From Camelus dromedarius (taxonomy: Eukaryota): a stretch of DNA of 64,000 bases. Of this stretch, positions 39,590 through 52,794 are shown one piece after another. Under the pieces are notes generated by a model. That model was not told where the DNA came from and ran no database searches. It was given only the letters and a program-made list of their open reading frames with translations. A program made the translations under genes and the position numbers. The stretch's first letter is position 1; every line of letters begins with the position of its first letter. The stretch is from contig NC_087438.1 of assembly GCF_036321535.1 (NCBI RefSeq), positions 9,488,001 through 9,552,000 of the forward strand, written 5' to 3'.

Positions 39590-42030
39590 ACTGGCCACTG
39601 ATATAAGTGTCTTCATAGAAAACCCAAATCAATCTACAGATTAATTTGTCTATAGAAAAATTATTAGAATAAATAAGATTTTAATGAGGATCTATAAAAT
39701 GACATACTATCTTTGCAACAAATGGTGCTGGAAAAACTGGATATACATAAGCAAAAGAATGAAGTTGGGCTTTTACCTTACATTATATACAAAAATTAAC
39801 TAAACATGGATTGAAAGACCTCAATTTAGAAGCTATAAATATAAAACTTTTAGAAGAAAACGTTGAGGGAAAATCCTCATAACTTTAGATTTGCTGCAAT
39901 TTCTTGGCTATGCCACTGAAAGCACAGGCAACAAAAGAAACACTAGATAAACTGGACTACATCAGATTAAAACCTTGTGTATCAAGGAACATGATCAACA
40001 GTGAAAAAGCAACTCATGGAATGGGAGAAAATGTTTGCAAATCATACATCTAAGAGATTAATATCCATAATGTATGAACGACTCCTAAAATCGAACAACA
40101 AAAAACAAATAACTTGATTAAACAATGTGCAAAGGACTTAAATAGACATTTCTTTAAAGATACACAAATGGTCATTAAACACAAGAAAAGATGCTTAGCA
40201 TTATTATTTACTAGAGAAATATAAACTGAAACCATAATGAGATATGACTTCACACCCACTAGGAGGACTACGGTAAAAAAACTGGTGAAGATGTGGAGAA
40301 ACTGGAACCCTTACATACTGCTGTGGGAGACAGTTTGGTGGTTCCTCAGTAAGCTAAAAATAGAACAACTATAGGACCCAGAAACTTCCACTCTTAGCTG
40401 TATATCCAAAAGAATTGAAACAAGAGACTAAAACAGATATTTATATACCAATGTTCATAGCAACATTACTCAGGGTAGTGAAAAGGTAGAAATGTCCAAA
40501 GTGTCTGCCGTTAGGTGAACTGATAAACAAAATGTGGGTAGAGAAAAAAGTATACATATCTCCCACATTTAATTTAATTATTTAATTACATATTTAATTT
40601 AAAATATGATAAATTTAATCATATGTATAAGAATTATATATAAGAATATTATTCAATCATTAAAAGGAAGGACATTTTGATATGTGCTACAAAATGGATA
40701 GACCTTGAAAATGTTATGCTAAGTGAAATTCGCCACACACAGAAGGACAAATGTATGACTCCACTTACATACTCATATGGGGTACATAAAATAGGCAAAT
40801 TCATAGCATCATAAAGTTAAATAAAATTAAAGGAGCTGCAGGGAAAGGAAAATGGAAAGTGATTGTTTAATGGGTGCAAAATTTAGTTTTTGTCCTGGAT
40901 GATGTAAAATTTCGGGTATAAACGGGGTAATACTTACACAACACTTTGAATATACTTAATGCCACTGAGTTATACAGTTACAAATGGTTAAAATAATAAA
41001 TTCTATGTTATGCATATTTTCCCACGTAAAATGCCATAGAATATCAATAAAAAATTGCATCATACACCCCCAAAGACCTATGAGAAAATTAAAATATCAT
41101 TTTCACTAGCAACAGCAACAAAAAATAAAATATATGGAATTAAATTTTAAAAAGTATATGCATAAACATTTTCTAGGAAATTATAAGACATCATTGGAAA
41201 ACATTAAGAAAATAAACAAATGAAATTCATAATATATCCATAGATAAGAAAATCCAATTATTATAAATATATTAATTCTATCTAAATTTCTTACAGATTC
41301 AATAAAATCCCAATCCGAACCACAAAATGGCTTCTCATAGAACTTGGTAAGCTAATTTTAAATCTGTTTGGAAAAACAAAGGTCCAATTAACAGTCAACA
41401 CAGTCCTGGAAAAAAAAAAAAAAAACCACAAATAGCCTCTACTGATATTAAGAATAGTTAAAATAACCTGTTGTTAATAAAACAATGTAGTATTGATACA
41501 GAAAAAGACAAACAGATTGATAGAAGAGAATTAAGAGTTCAGAAATGAGACAACTGGTCATCTACAAGGAAAAAAAAATTAAAAGATACCTCTAGCTTAC
41601 AGTACGTATACATAAACACATTACAAATGGATTGTGGACTTAAATGTGTAAGAAAAATCTTAAAAGAAAAAAATAAAGGTAAATAACTTCATGACTTTGG
41701 AGTAATGGAAGATTTCTTAAACAGTGTATTTTTAAAAGTTAACCCATTTAGGGTAAGATTGATGATTTTGACTACTTTAATTTTAAGATTTCTGTTCATC
41801 CTGAGACATCAGACATAGAGCAAAGGATAACCTACAAATGGGAAAATTTTCACATACAAAGGCAAAGAACTGGTTTCCAAAATATATTAAGAGTTTGTCC
41901 AAATCTATCAAAGACAGAGCTCCCAATACAAAAATGCAGAAAGACACACAAAGGCAATTCACATACATACACAGAAAAACATCAAATGTCTAGAAGTCAT
42001 ATAATAAGATGCACAACGTCAGTAATAAAG
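39590..42030 (+). mobile_element. Very old LINE-1 (L1ME-like) ORF2 remnant, interrupted by a younger L1
   Basis: 'atagaaaacccaaatcaatctaca' before the insert, then 'agattcaataaaatcccaatc', 'aaagacaaacagattga' and 'aaggcaattcaca' after it. Confidence 0.6.
39707..41026 (+). mobile_element. LINE-1 (L1MB-like), 5'-truncated, nested
   Basis: 'aacaaatggtgctggaaaaactggata' through to the 3' end 'cttaatgccactgagtt...aaatggttaaaataataaattctatgttatg'. Flanked by a near-TSD taaaatgacata (39695-39706) / taaaatgccata (41027-41038). Confidence 0.85.
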
Positions 42031-44451
42031 TATCATGACACAGGAATATTACAGACCACCCCAGAAAGCTCCTTGTCCATTGTTGTCCCCAGAGAGGAGA
42101 ACCTGGCATGTCATCAGAACTGACTGCACAGCTTTTTCATTCCATTCTACATAAACATGATAATCAATGTATGTCCTTCGGTTATGGAGTGAAGATGGCA
42201 CTGCAAATCACATGAATAAAGCCTCATAAAGTGGATTTATTACATTTAATTAGACACAGAAATAATAAATGGGCCCTTCCAATGAGCGTCAATTTACCAA
42301 CATCTTTCCACTTAGACTCTGCAATAACTAGCCTCATTCAGTCACATAAAATGACACCTGCTAAAACCAAAGCCCATTCTTATTTATGACAACTTCAGAA
42401 AGAAAAACTGCACAATATCAGTTATAGAAACAAGGGAATAAATTCCATTTGAAGCTGAAGTCACTGGAAATATTTTCAGAATAAATGAGGAAATCATTAT
42501 TTTTAAAATATTTTCTTAAAAAAGTAATATAACAACCAGTTAAAACAAGTGCATTTATTTTAGAGTCTCATTAAAATTTAATTTATTAAAAAATTAAAAC
42601 TCTAGGGAAATAATTTTATATATAGTATACATATATTGCAAACTGAAATATACATATAGGTACTATATAAGATTTTGTGTCATGCTTAGAAGATTCTAGA
42701 AGACTTCATTTTGGTTAAATTAAGGTCAGTTAAAATAATACACTTTCTGTAAATTATAAAAAAAAATTATAGCAAAACATAAGATCACATTCACCCTCTG
42801 AGTTCTCACTCCCTCACTACTCAGTGTATAAATGTGCAGATCTCATTAAATATAAGTTTGACCTTAAAACTGAAATGCAGGGTGGCTCTGTCTTTTTGGA
42901 TATAAAGCTTATGGGTCTTCCTCATGAGTACATCTGATTTTCACCGATTTGTTGAAGAGACAATGGAGAACACTCACCCTATGCGTGTATCTAATTACCA
43001 TCAGCAGCCCTCAAGGTGTGTGGCTGAAGGAAATCACACAACAGATGCAGAAAACATAATCACCTTGATTTGTTGCAGTAAGAATTCTAGCTCGCCCGTG
43101 CTACTATCGTGAAACATGCTTAGTTGAGTCCCCTTTTGGCCCTTACAAAGTAAAGATGCTTGCTACCTACTACAGGTCAGTATTTATGCAAAAGCATAAG
43201 CCCAGCTTCCTGAAAGCTGGTAAAGATTTTAGCCAATGTCTCATTCATCTGTTTCCAGAAAAACTACCAGGTAAGTCCTAGGTGGGTGAGTGAATCTAGG
43301 TGAGAATGGATGGGTGAAGTTTGGAAATTTCATTCTCTCTTAGCAGAGGAGACCTGACTGTGTCATATAATTTTGAAAAGGCACCATTACGAATAGTATC
43401 TTTGATACTCTTGTGAAATACATGCCGAAAGGGGAAGCAGTTACAAGAGGGTAAGGCGAAAAGACAAAGGGGGTTAATAGGCATGGTCAGAACAGCAAGT
43501 ATGGGAGGCAACTGAGAGGCAGACAAGAACTCCAGCCACAGAACCTCAGGCTGAGGTACCACTTCCCTCCAGCGTGTTCTGATCTTCAGTGAGGTGTGTC
43601 ACAAGCATGTGTTACCCACATGAGTCTTGGACAATGACATGTTTACATTCACAGCAGACTCCTAAGACTCCCTTTAACCTCTTCAATAGAAAGCTCATTT
43701 GGTAACACCGTCGTAAAGAGAAGGAGAAAAACGAGGGTTCTGAGAATTGCCACTAGGGGATTCCCCCTTTGAAGTGCATCCGTCATGGGCACTCCATGGA
43801 GAAAAGTGTCGAGAAGTGCTATTGAGGAGAACATACGCCCCGGCTGGGGCCCCCGAAGACTTCTTACTTTTTCTGTTGCATAGCCCCACAGGATGAAGTC
43901 ATGTAGAAGTCTACACACATTAACTGGCCTTGTCAACCTCTGTACAAACATATGTTTCATCCAGATAATCAGATGCACCTCCCAATAATCTACCAAAATG
44001 TGCTTTATATTCAGTTTCGTGTATGGGGAGAGCATGGTGGGAAGACAGAATTCAGGTGGCTGAGGAGAGAGAAGTATAGAGTAAAAATGGGGGGAAATGC
44101 AGGGGACCTTCAGGTGAAGCAAAGTCAGGCTGAACAGCCTGAAATGGATGAAAAGAAAGACAGTACATGAGCCTGTTAGTGTACAGCTCTCTTTAAGGCT
44201 CCGTGGTATGCTATGAAGCCACATGCTGCAAGAAAATTCAGTGGAGGCAAAACTGAAGATGTCTCTCCATATAACTTGCAGAGGTGGGGCAGAATCAGAA
44301 GCCAGGAAAGAAAGAACCAAAAGTCTGCCCCATCCAGGGATTGCACATCCTTGGAGAAGCAAAATCCCATTACAGTTACATGGAGAATGTGAATATTTAG
44401 AAATATCTTTGTAAAAGCCTGTGTAAATGAGGTGGGAGATTATAGTTAAGG

Positions 44452-44454
<3 letters not shown>

Positions 44455-44484
<30 letters not shown>
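44455..44484. repeat. Pure T30 homopolymer
   Basis: 30 uninterrupted T read directly. Confidence 0.95.
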
Positions 44485-44486
<2 letters not shown>

Positions 44487-45549
44487 TGAAAGGAGAGTGG
44501 CAGGGCAGGGAAAAAAGTAAAGTGCAATTTAAAAGGGGAGGATTACAGGGGAAGGATGCAAACCAGGCTTTGAGAATCTCAGGACTAGCCTATTGTCTCA
44601 CGGAGCTGCTAATGGCTTGGTAGGTTACCTGGCATATCCATTGTAAAGGAGACAACTGGAGGGAGCAGTAATTAATCACAATAAATTATAATTGAATGCT
44701 ACAGTTTAAGGCACGGGGGCACTTGGGACGTGTTCAAGCACAGAGCATCCTTCCCGTTCTAAAGTCCTGGGCAGACAATTACCAGCCCACTTTATACTTT
44801 CTGTCATCTTCTTTGCTTTGAACGGTTTTTGTTTTTTCGTTCTCACCACAGATCCGTTTTCTCCCTGTTCTTTCTGATTCCTCTTTCCCTTGCCTTTCCT
44901 ATCAATCTCTCTATCAGATCTTAAGTTTTAGCAGCTATTTCCTTAGATAAATTTTCTACATCAATTTTTGGAGTGAGATCGCAGAGAGAAGAGAACCTCT
45001 GATAACACCAGAATGACTCACTGCTCAGTCCTGAGCTGCCTTATTTGGAGAGTGGCCACTTTTACTATCATTGAAAGATCACCAGAAAAAGTAACATTTT
45101 GTGATAATCGCAACAAAAGAAACAGCTTCTAACATAAATACACAATGGAAAGAATTCCTAATAAATAGAGGGGGAAGATACAATTGAAGAGATCTTGATA
45201 TTATTACAAATAATAAGCAAATTGAAAATGGATGTTGGGCGTAAGTCATGTCATTCTTAAGTATTATTGCAGTTGTCCTATTAAAAGATTGGAAGGTGTA
45301 TGCATAGTGTATTTTAACTATTTGAAATTCAGTGAGCTCATGCTTTAGAAATAGTTCACCCTCCTTTTCAATTTATTCTTTGTTTCTAAAGAAATTGGAG
45401 TATTGAAATAAGGCCAAAAAAGTTGACATTTTGATTCCAAAAGGAATAGCATTCTGGTGCTGACTCACGATGAAAAGCTATACACATCTAGCAGACATGG
45501 AGTTCGACAAAAAGAGGAGCCAAAGGAGAAGGAGCTCATATTGGTGGAT

Positions 45550-46050
45550 CAGAAAGGCTCTTAGATGTAAATACTGAATCCCCTCTCGTTAATGTAAGCA
45601 GGAAGAAATTTACTAAACAATATAGGTAGAACACAGATTTTCTAAGAGGGTCAAGAACCACACTTGGAGGCTTATACAGCTAGCTTAAATGCCCAAGACA
45701 CACTGGTAGACTGGTTGCTGCCATCAGCATCATGGCACTTGAACCAGCATCACTGATGCTGGGCGGGAGGTTCCTCTGGCAGGACCTCTTCAATTGCTGC
45801 CTTGAAAAGATAGACATTTCCACCACATGGTTCTTCCTTTTTAGCTCACACTCTGCTGAAATAAAATTTTGGTTAGATGCCTCTGAATGATGAATCTGAG
45901 ATCATGTGCTAAGCCCCAGCTGTGAAGGAAGTGGGAAAGTGAGTTCCTAGCTCTTGTCTTGAGGACATGCAACTTATAAGTTGGAAAATTCTCACATAGG
46001 AGAAACATTCAAGTAGTGCTATGTATCTAAAAATGTATGCTAAAAGTCCA
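45550..46050 (-). mobile_element. Ancient MaLR LTR (MLT1N/O-like)
   Basis: 'taagcaggaagaaatttactaaa', 'gatcatgtgctaagccccagctgtgaaggaagtgggaaagtgag'. Confidence 0.5.
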
Positions 46051-46479
46051 CTGAAGTAAAGGAGGTTTAAACGAATACCTTAAGACCCTCTAAATGCTGA
46101 GACAAAAATATTAAAATGTGATCAAATATCTGTATGTGTCATTGCTTTCTAGTTGGTTTCTCTGGTGGTGCCTCGACAATGTGTGCAAAATTTCCGGCGT
46201 TCAGTGATAACCAAAACGGTTATCTCAGAGTTCCAGCTTGTCCAGCTTGTCTTTTAAAACTGTAGCTAGGCTTACAGACCCTCTGAATGAGTTACTTCGT
46301 TTGATACATGCGTGGAGACTAAATAAATTAGCAAAGACATTCCAAATAATCAGTTGCAAAGATAGAGCTGGAAAAATGCAATTATGCATCCACAACATGA
46401 CATTCACACTTACTTTTCCCATGTGCTGGTCGAATGAGTCCGACTACTGAATTCTATTTCCATCTTCATCAGCTCTATA

Positions 46480-46930
46480 ACCCCTATAATCCCCTAGTAC
46501 TTGGATGAACATCCTGCTCAAACTTACTTCTTGCTGGACCGTTTGCCCTTTGCACAACCAGTACTTTCTCCAACCAAGTTTGGTTTGTGAAGCCCAAATT
46601 GTCCACACACTTGTGAGCTTGTGAACCTTGGTGTATGCTGTTTCCACTCTCTAGAAGTTCCTTCCAGATTTTCTGATTGAAAATGACCTACTAATTCTTG
46701 GAAGGTAAATCAAGTATAACCCTAAGTCTACTCCAACACACCAGATCCATGCAGAACCATGGTTTACTAAATGTGTGTGTATTACATTATATCTCTATTA
46801 TTTATTTATACATATGGCCCCTTCAACAATGTTTCAGCAGCATTGCCTCACTCATCTCTGAATCCTGAGTAATTTCAGTTTGCCTTATCCATAGGGCCCC
46901 ATTAAATGTTTGATGACTGAATGAGTCAAT
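46480..46930 (+). mobile_element. LINE-2 3' fragment
   Basis: 'atgctgtttccactctctagaag', 'ctcatctctgaatcct...attaaatgtttgatgactgaatgag'. Confidence 0.5.
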
Positions 46931-48164
46931 CCATAAGTCCATGTTATATGTGAGACACCTTCAAAATAAGACTCTGGGTACACAAGCACATTAACATTAA
47001 ATATATTAAGTATATTAAATATTTTGTAAATGTGATTTTTGGAAGCATGTTATTTTTACTGACTCATATGGCAAAGGATGTTAGAACAGGTTTTCAGGAT
47101 ACCTAATTTTCAGGGATTCTTAAATTTGAGGCTCACTATTAAACATTGACAATAGCATTGGTTGAGAAATTAAAATATAGTTGATTATGTAAATTCAAGT
47201 TCTCTTAAGACTGCCTTTCAGTTCATTTTTTTAAATAAAACTGGTACCTATACAAAAATCTTATCATGAAAATCCAGATAGGCATTTTACACTGAAGTTC
47301 TGTATTCATATCATGAATGAGAGAAAAAAATGATTTAGAGGTGCGAGGCTTGGATAAATCTTAATTGGAGAATTTATGGAGCCATCTTTTCCATTCTGAT
47401 TTGATTCAATAGTCATATTGTGAAATAAAAGAGATTGAATTTCCCAGGGCCAAATATGATTATAAAGAAAACTACTTATACGTTCTGAATGTAAGGTTCT
47501 CAAAAAGTGGTTAAATAATAAATATTATTTTGTAAGACAATAGTACATCAACTGTTGGGCATTAAAATTTGATGTATGAAAGTTTCTAAAACATCCTTGT
47601 CCTGAAGCCCTGTATTCCTGTGGGGAATTTCTGTCATCACCGTCTGCACTCTGCAGACTTTAGAGGATAACAAGTAAAAATTTTCACAGTGCAGCCCATT
47701 CCTATTAGATAGAAATCTTTGAAAGCTTGGCAGGATTTCACCTTGATTCCTTTAACTCAAAAGCTGATGTAAGAGATTTCAATGGAGCTAGATTAAATTA
47801 AATTAATGACTGCATTCATCACACCAAAGGGCTTTTTTCAATTAAACAGAATTCAAGACTGTCTGGATTTTTTTTAATGTAACCTTATTCCATCTTTCTA
47901 AGTAAGGTTGGTGTTTTGCAAGACTTGTTAAACTTTACCTCCTTTCTGATACGAGAAGGGAGGCGATAGGTAAAGGATAACATGCAAATCTGAACCAGAG
48001 TTATTTGATTATTCTAAAATATTACATTGTGATTCAGCATTGAATCCTGAGTTTACTATCTGAGCTGAAAGGCACAAAAACAGAACAGTAAGGTGTACAT
48101 TTGATGAAAATGAAGCTGATCATTAAAGGAATGACCGCAATTCCACATTTTCTTTTTTTAATTT

Positions 48165-48870
48165 TATTTTTCCAGTTTTATTGAGAAATAATTAAAGTAT
48201 AAAATTGTATAAGCTTAAAGTGCACAACACAGTGATTTCATATATGTATATAGTACAGAATGATTACAATAAATTTGGTTAACATCCATCGAATCACATA
48301 GTTTATTTTTTTCTTATGATGAAAACTTAAGATTTATTCTCTTAGCAATTTTCAAATATATGAGACAGTGTTATTAGCTATAGTCATCATGTTATACACT
48401 GCATCCACAGAACTTATTTATATTGTGGAAGTTTGTATCTTATGACCACCTTCACCCACTTCACCTACCCTCTCCATCCCTTGCTTCTGGCAATCACAAA
48501 TCTCATCTCGGTTTCTATGAGGTTGTTTTTTGTTTTTTGTTTTTTGTTTTTTGTTTTTTTGATTCCACATATAAGTAAAATCATGCAGTATTTTTCTTTC
48601 TCTGTCTGACTTATTTAGCTTAGCATAATGCCCTCAAGATCCATACACAATGTCTCAAATGGCAGGATTTCTTTATTTTATATGGCTGAATAGTATTGCA
48701 TTAAATCAATAAATACATTTTTTTATATATATCACAAATTCTTTACCCATTCTTCCGTCATTAAACACTTAGGCTGTTTCCATGGCTTGGTTATTGTAAA
48801 TAATGCTGCAGTGAACCTAGAGGTAAAAGATCTTTTCAGGATAGTGATTTTTTCATTGGGATATACGCAC
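48165..48870 (-). mobile_element. LINE-1 (L1MA9-like) 3' UTR fragment containing (T6G)n at 48525-48561
   Basis: 'ccagttttattgagaaataatt', 'gattccacatataagt', 'tctgtctgacttattt...ttagcataatgccctcaagatccat'. Confidence 0.85.
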
Positions 48871-51019
48871 ATACATATTTTCGCACACACACACAAAAAA
48901 AAGAGTTTTATGGACCCTCAAGGAGGACAGAATCCACAGGAGGAAAAAGCCTTGTTTTTGTACATGAGGGCTGCCCAACACACACCAAACAGTGCAGCTG
49001 ATGGCAAGATAAATGGCAGGCCATAGCCCTAGAAAATAGCAAAAGATATTTCAAAGTAACGAGAGGCTGGTGTAACCAGTTAATTAATCACGTATTTTAA
49101 AACTTCTTACAAAAAGCATAAAATAAAAAGTCTTAATGAGAAGGTATGGTTGTGTCATAGTTTAATAGGAAGTGTTTTTTTTTTTTTCTTTCCTAAGTGG
49201 AAATAAAACAAACTCACCCTTATAATTGACAGCAGCTCTGATTGAATGAAATTTCAGTGACAGCCAACAGCCAAGGAGATATTTGAAGACTAACAGCCCT
49301 TTTTTCTATTACACTTGGAGGATGAGGAGTGTTCCAGGGCAGTATTCAGCATGGTGGATTCGCCACAATGTCTCAAATTCAGCATATTGGATTCTCCAAA
49401 AAGGCTTCCTCTCCCTACGTCTCCAGCTCAGCCCTCTCTCGTTTCTTGCTGGCCCTTGGAGCATCAACTGGGAGTCTGTTCTGTGCATTCAATAATCTCC
49501 TTCCCCTGCTCTCCAGGTCACAGGCTACACCCAGCTGTGCTCAAGGCTACTAAACACTGACTTTCAAATGTAAAACTGCCACCTCTGTTCAAATCTCATG
49601 ATTCTCCAGGTACTTCATATGAAAAAAGAATAAATATTTTTGAATGCATGCAAGATATTTTTCATCCAAAAAGATTAATTTTCAAATGATGGTCTAAATT
49701 TTGAAAATTCACCTCATTTTAGACAGTTTATGGAGCCTCTTTGGTTTCCTCTATCCCTAGAATCCATGATTAATTACATGAAAGCTACTTAGAGCATGGG
49801 GATTTTCATCTTTCATGTAGTTTCATAGCATCAACAGAAAAGTTGCAATTTGTGGGCACTGATTGCCAAGAATTATGCCTATCTGCTGAAAGAAGCAGTG
49901 TTGCTGTTTCTAATTTTTCCTTATCTTGTTTCCAGGCTTGTCTTACAAAGTACACACAGATGTTGAAATTACTGGGCTGGGAGAAGTGAGAGGTGGAAAA
50001 TCCTACACACTCTGTGTGCACCCTGCTTGAGGATGGAGGGAGAGAATTTGCTTAGCAATCAACTGCTCGGCTGTAAACAAGCTTTAACGCTATCACGGCA
50101 TCAGACTGGAAATCACATGTTTACTTTAATAACTAGACCTGCTGCCTCAACCTGAATATTTTCTGCACCAGAACTTAATCCCCATTTAATTCACTCAATT
50201 TAATCATTCTGCATTTACTTCTGACACAAAGTGCCGAAAAAGAGGAAGTGCAACAATCTCTCCAATACACATTTCACACATGGAAACATAACGGAGGGAA
50301 GAGGACACTAGAAACCCTTTTCCTCATGTTGATCTAAGCATCATAACCCTGAAGGGGTGAATTTCATGTTGAATGAAAGTCAAAGGACGCAGTCACCCAA
50401 ATGATGAAACAGACTGCTGACGCTGACTTTTATGCCAATGAAATTAAATACTAGATCAAGTAAATACACATTTACTTTATCCGTCTCCCTATTTGAATAG
50501 CCTCTGCTCTCTGTCGATGCTTTTCATCCCCCACTTTGAAGAAAGTATCTCCAGAAATGGGCACTTAAAAAATTCTAAAAATAAATCAAACTCCAAGAAG
50601 AGGAAGGAGATAACACTGCAGGAAAATGGGGAAAAGAATAACATTTTATAAAATCTTTTTTAAACATTTCTGTTATCTCCCCAGATTTTCTGTCTCAGCA
50701 GCATCACTTTCTCTGCTCCTTGGTACTAGGCATGGTTTTTCTCCCCAGAAGCATCACACCATCCTTCTCATTTGTGCAAATTACTGAGAATATTAACTGT
50801 ATTACTATACGGATATGGACAAGGATCCCAAATGCTTTTGTAGCTACAATATTTGCTAATGTTAACACTATATTAATATTTGTTAATATTAATATAAGTA
50901 ATAAACAATATAAATAATAAATACCATAATAACATAAATAACTACATAACAAAAATAGCATAAAACGTAAGCATTTTAAGATAACCCTTAAAAAAGACTG
51001 TGAGAGGTAAAGAACTTTT

Positions 51020-51205
51020 GCCTCATTCTAGCCCTATTACTTACTGGTGTATGATTTCAAGCAATCTGTTGAATTTCTCTGAGGATCTCTCTTCATCTTT
51101 CAAATCAGGATAATCATACATACTTCATGGAGTTGTAGGGAGAATTAAATTATTGTAAAGTACTCAACAAACTATCTAGCACATAGGTCAATAAACTATA
51201 TATTG
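51020..51205 (+). mobile_element. MIR
   Basis: 'ttacttactggtgtatgatttcaagcaa...aatttctctga...tcatggagttgtagggagaattaaat'. Confidence 0.65.
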
Positions 51206-52794
51206 TTAAAATACTTTCATTCTTTATTTAGTTTTTCTCGTAAAATGTCTTTTCAGCTAAGATGTCTTGAGAAGCTCATCCTAGACCCACCTCTTAGATG
51301 TGTCTATGAAATGCGTAAGTTTTAAGTCTTTTATTTACGAACATCCACTAGCTCCTCTGGCAGAATCAGACCACAAGATAGGAAAAGGAGGGAGGAAGAG
51401 AGAAGAAAGATCAGTCCATCGTAAAATCCTGGAGGAGAGTGGCTTTCGGCCCCTTCCCAGATTCTGATGAACTACCGCAGGGTCCAAAATCTAGGAAATG
51501 GAAGGAGTCTGTTCTGATTGGGACATAACTTAGCTCTTCCTGTGTCAGGATCTCAGAAGGGGGCAGATATTTGAAAAGCTCTTCAGACAATTCTGATGTG
51601 TTGTCATCCTTGAGAACCCCTGACTCACATGAAGAGATGAACACACGCAGAATTATTGTAGCTCATAATGACGATGCTGCAATGGAGGATAAGCAGAACA
51701 CAGCAAAGAGAAGGGACTCCACTGAGAGCGTCCATGAGAGCTTCATAGAGGAGATGACATTATGGCTGAGTTGGGTGTGACCAGCCCAAAAAGATACACC
51801 CAAGGGAGAAGCTCAGACTGAACACATTTACCATTAAACAAACAAACAAACAAACAGTCTAGCTGGAAATGAGACCTCAGTGTTTAGAATATCATTACTG
51901 CTTTGTTTTTTGCATTGATATAAGTTTCAAAGATATTAAGAAGACATTAAAAATGTATTGGCCTCAGGCAAGATATAAACTCCTTTCCCAGACACCTGGC
52001 AAAAAGAAAGATCATTCTCACTTATAGCTCTTCACAGAATACTTTTGTGTGAATTTTAATGGTTTCTTTGTTGACTATTGCAAAAAAATGAATATTCTTG
52101 AATGCAATTATGTGAAGATATTATGGTCCTCCAGAAAACCATAAATTTACTTAAAAACCAAATTCAGAAATCCTTCATCAGGATGCAAATAGGCATACAT
52201 AAGGACTTCTAATTCTTGTAAACAATTTGTTCCCTAATAAATTCCATTCTGGAAGGAGAATGATAACACTGGAGCACACACTTCCCAAAATACATTTTGG
52301 CTGGGGCAATACTTTCCTGTTGTTTGCAGTGTATTTCAACAAGCAAAGAAGTGTTGAAAGGACTTAGTAGTAAGTGCTTTCTTGGCTTTATAGATCTATA
52401 TTACATCTAAATCTAAATCTATATCTATGTCTGTATCTATACCTATATACAGTGTGGGCTGTTTTCAAATTTAGGCTAAATAATATGTAAAAAAACCCAA
52501 ATCACTCATCCAAATTGTCTATTTTTTCAGAAATAATATGTATTTATGGTATAAGTGCAGACTGTTTTATTGACAAAAACTACACAATTCATCAAATGTT
52601 ACAACATCCCCTGCCTATTTTAATTGTTAATATTACCAACTTTATAATCAAATATTTAAGCCTTTAGAATACGCCAAGTGTACACCTAGACATGATATTA
52701 ACACCATTGTCGAGAGGGACAATGTGAGAGCAGAAACAGAAATATGAAGAAAAGGCAAACTTGCAGAAAGATACACCTCAAAACTTTACTTTCT

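Noticed and set aside
43649..44362. Longest ORF in the window (237 aa, minus strand)
   Set aside because: No recognisable domain. The Leu/Ser/Phe-rich composition is what the complement of purine-rich DNA gives. Only its distal CpG-rich part is kept, as a weak finding.
46206..46224. Inverted repeat GATAACC-N5-GGTTATC resembling a papillomavirus E2 site
   Set aside because: The spacer is 5 nt, not the 6 nt required by ACC-N6-GGT, and 7-bp arms are expected by chance in 64 kb.
51411..51644. Protein-like acidic ORF (…SEELFKYLPPSEILTQEELSYVP…)
   Set aside because: It overlaps a MER5-like end ('attctgatgtg...ttgagaacccctg') and L2-like sequence, and lacks convincing splice signals.
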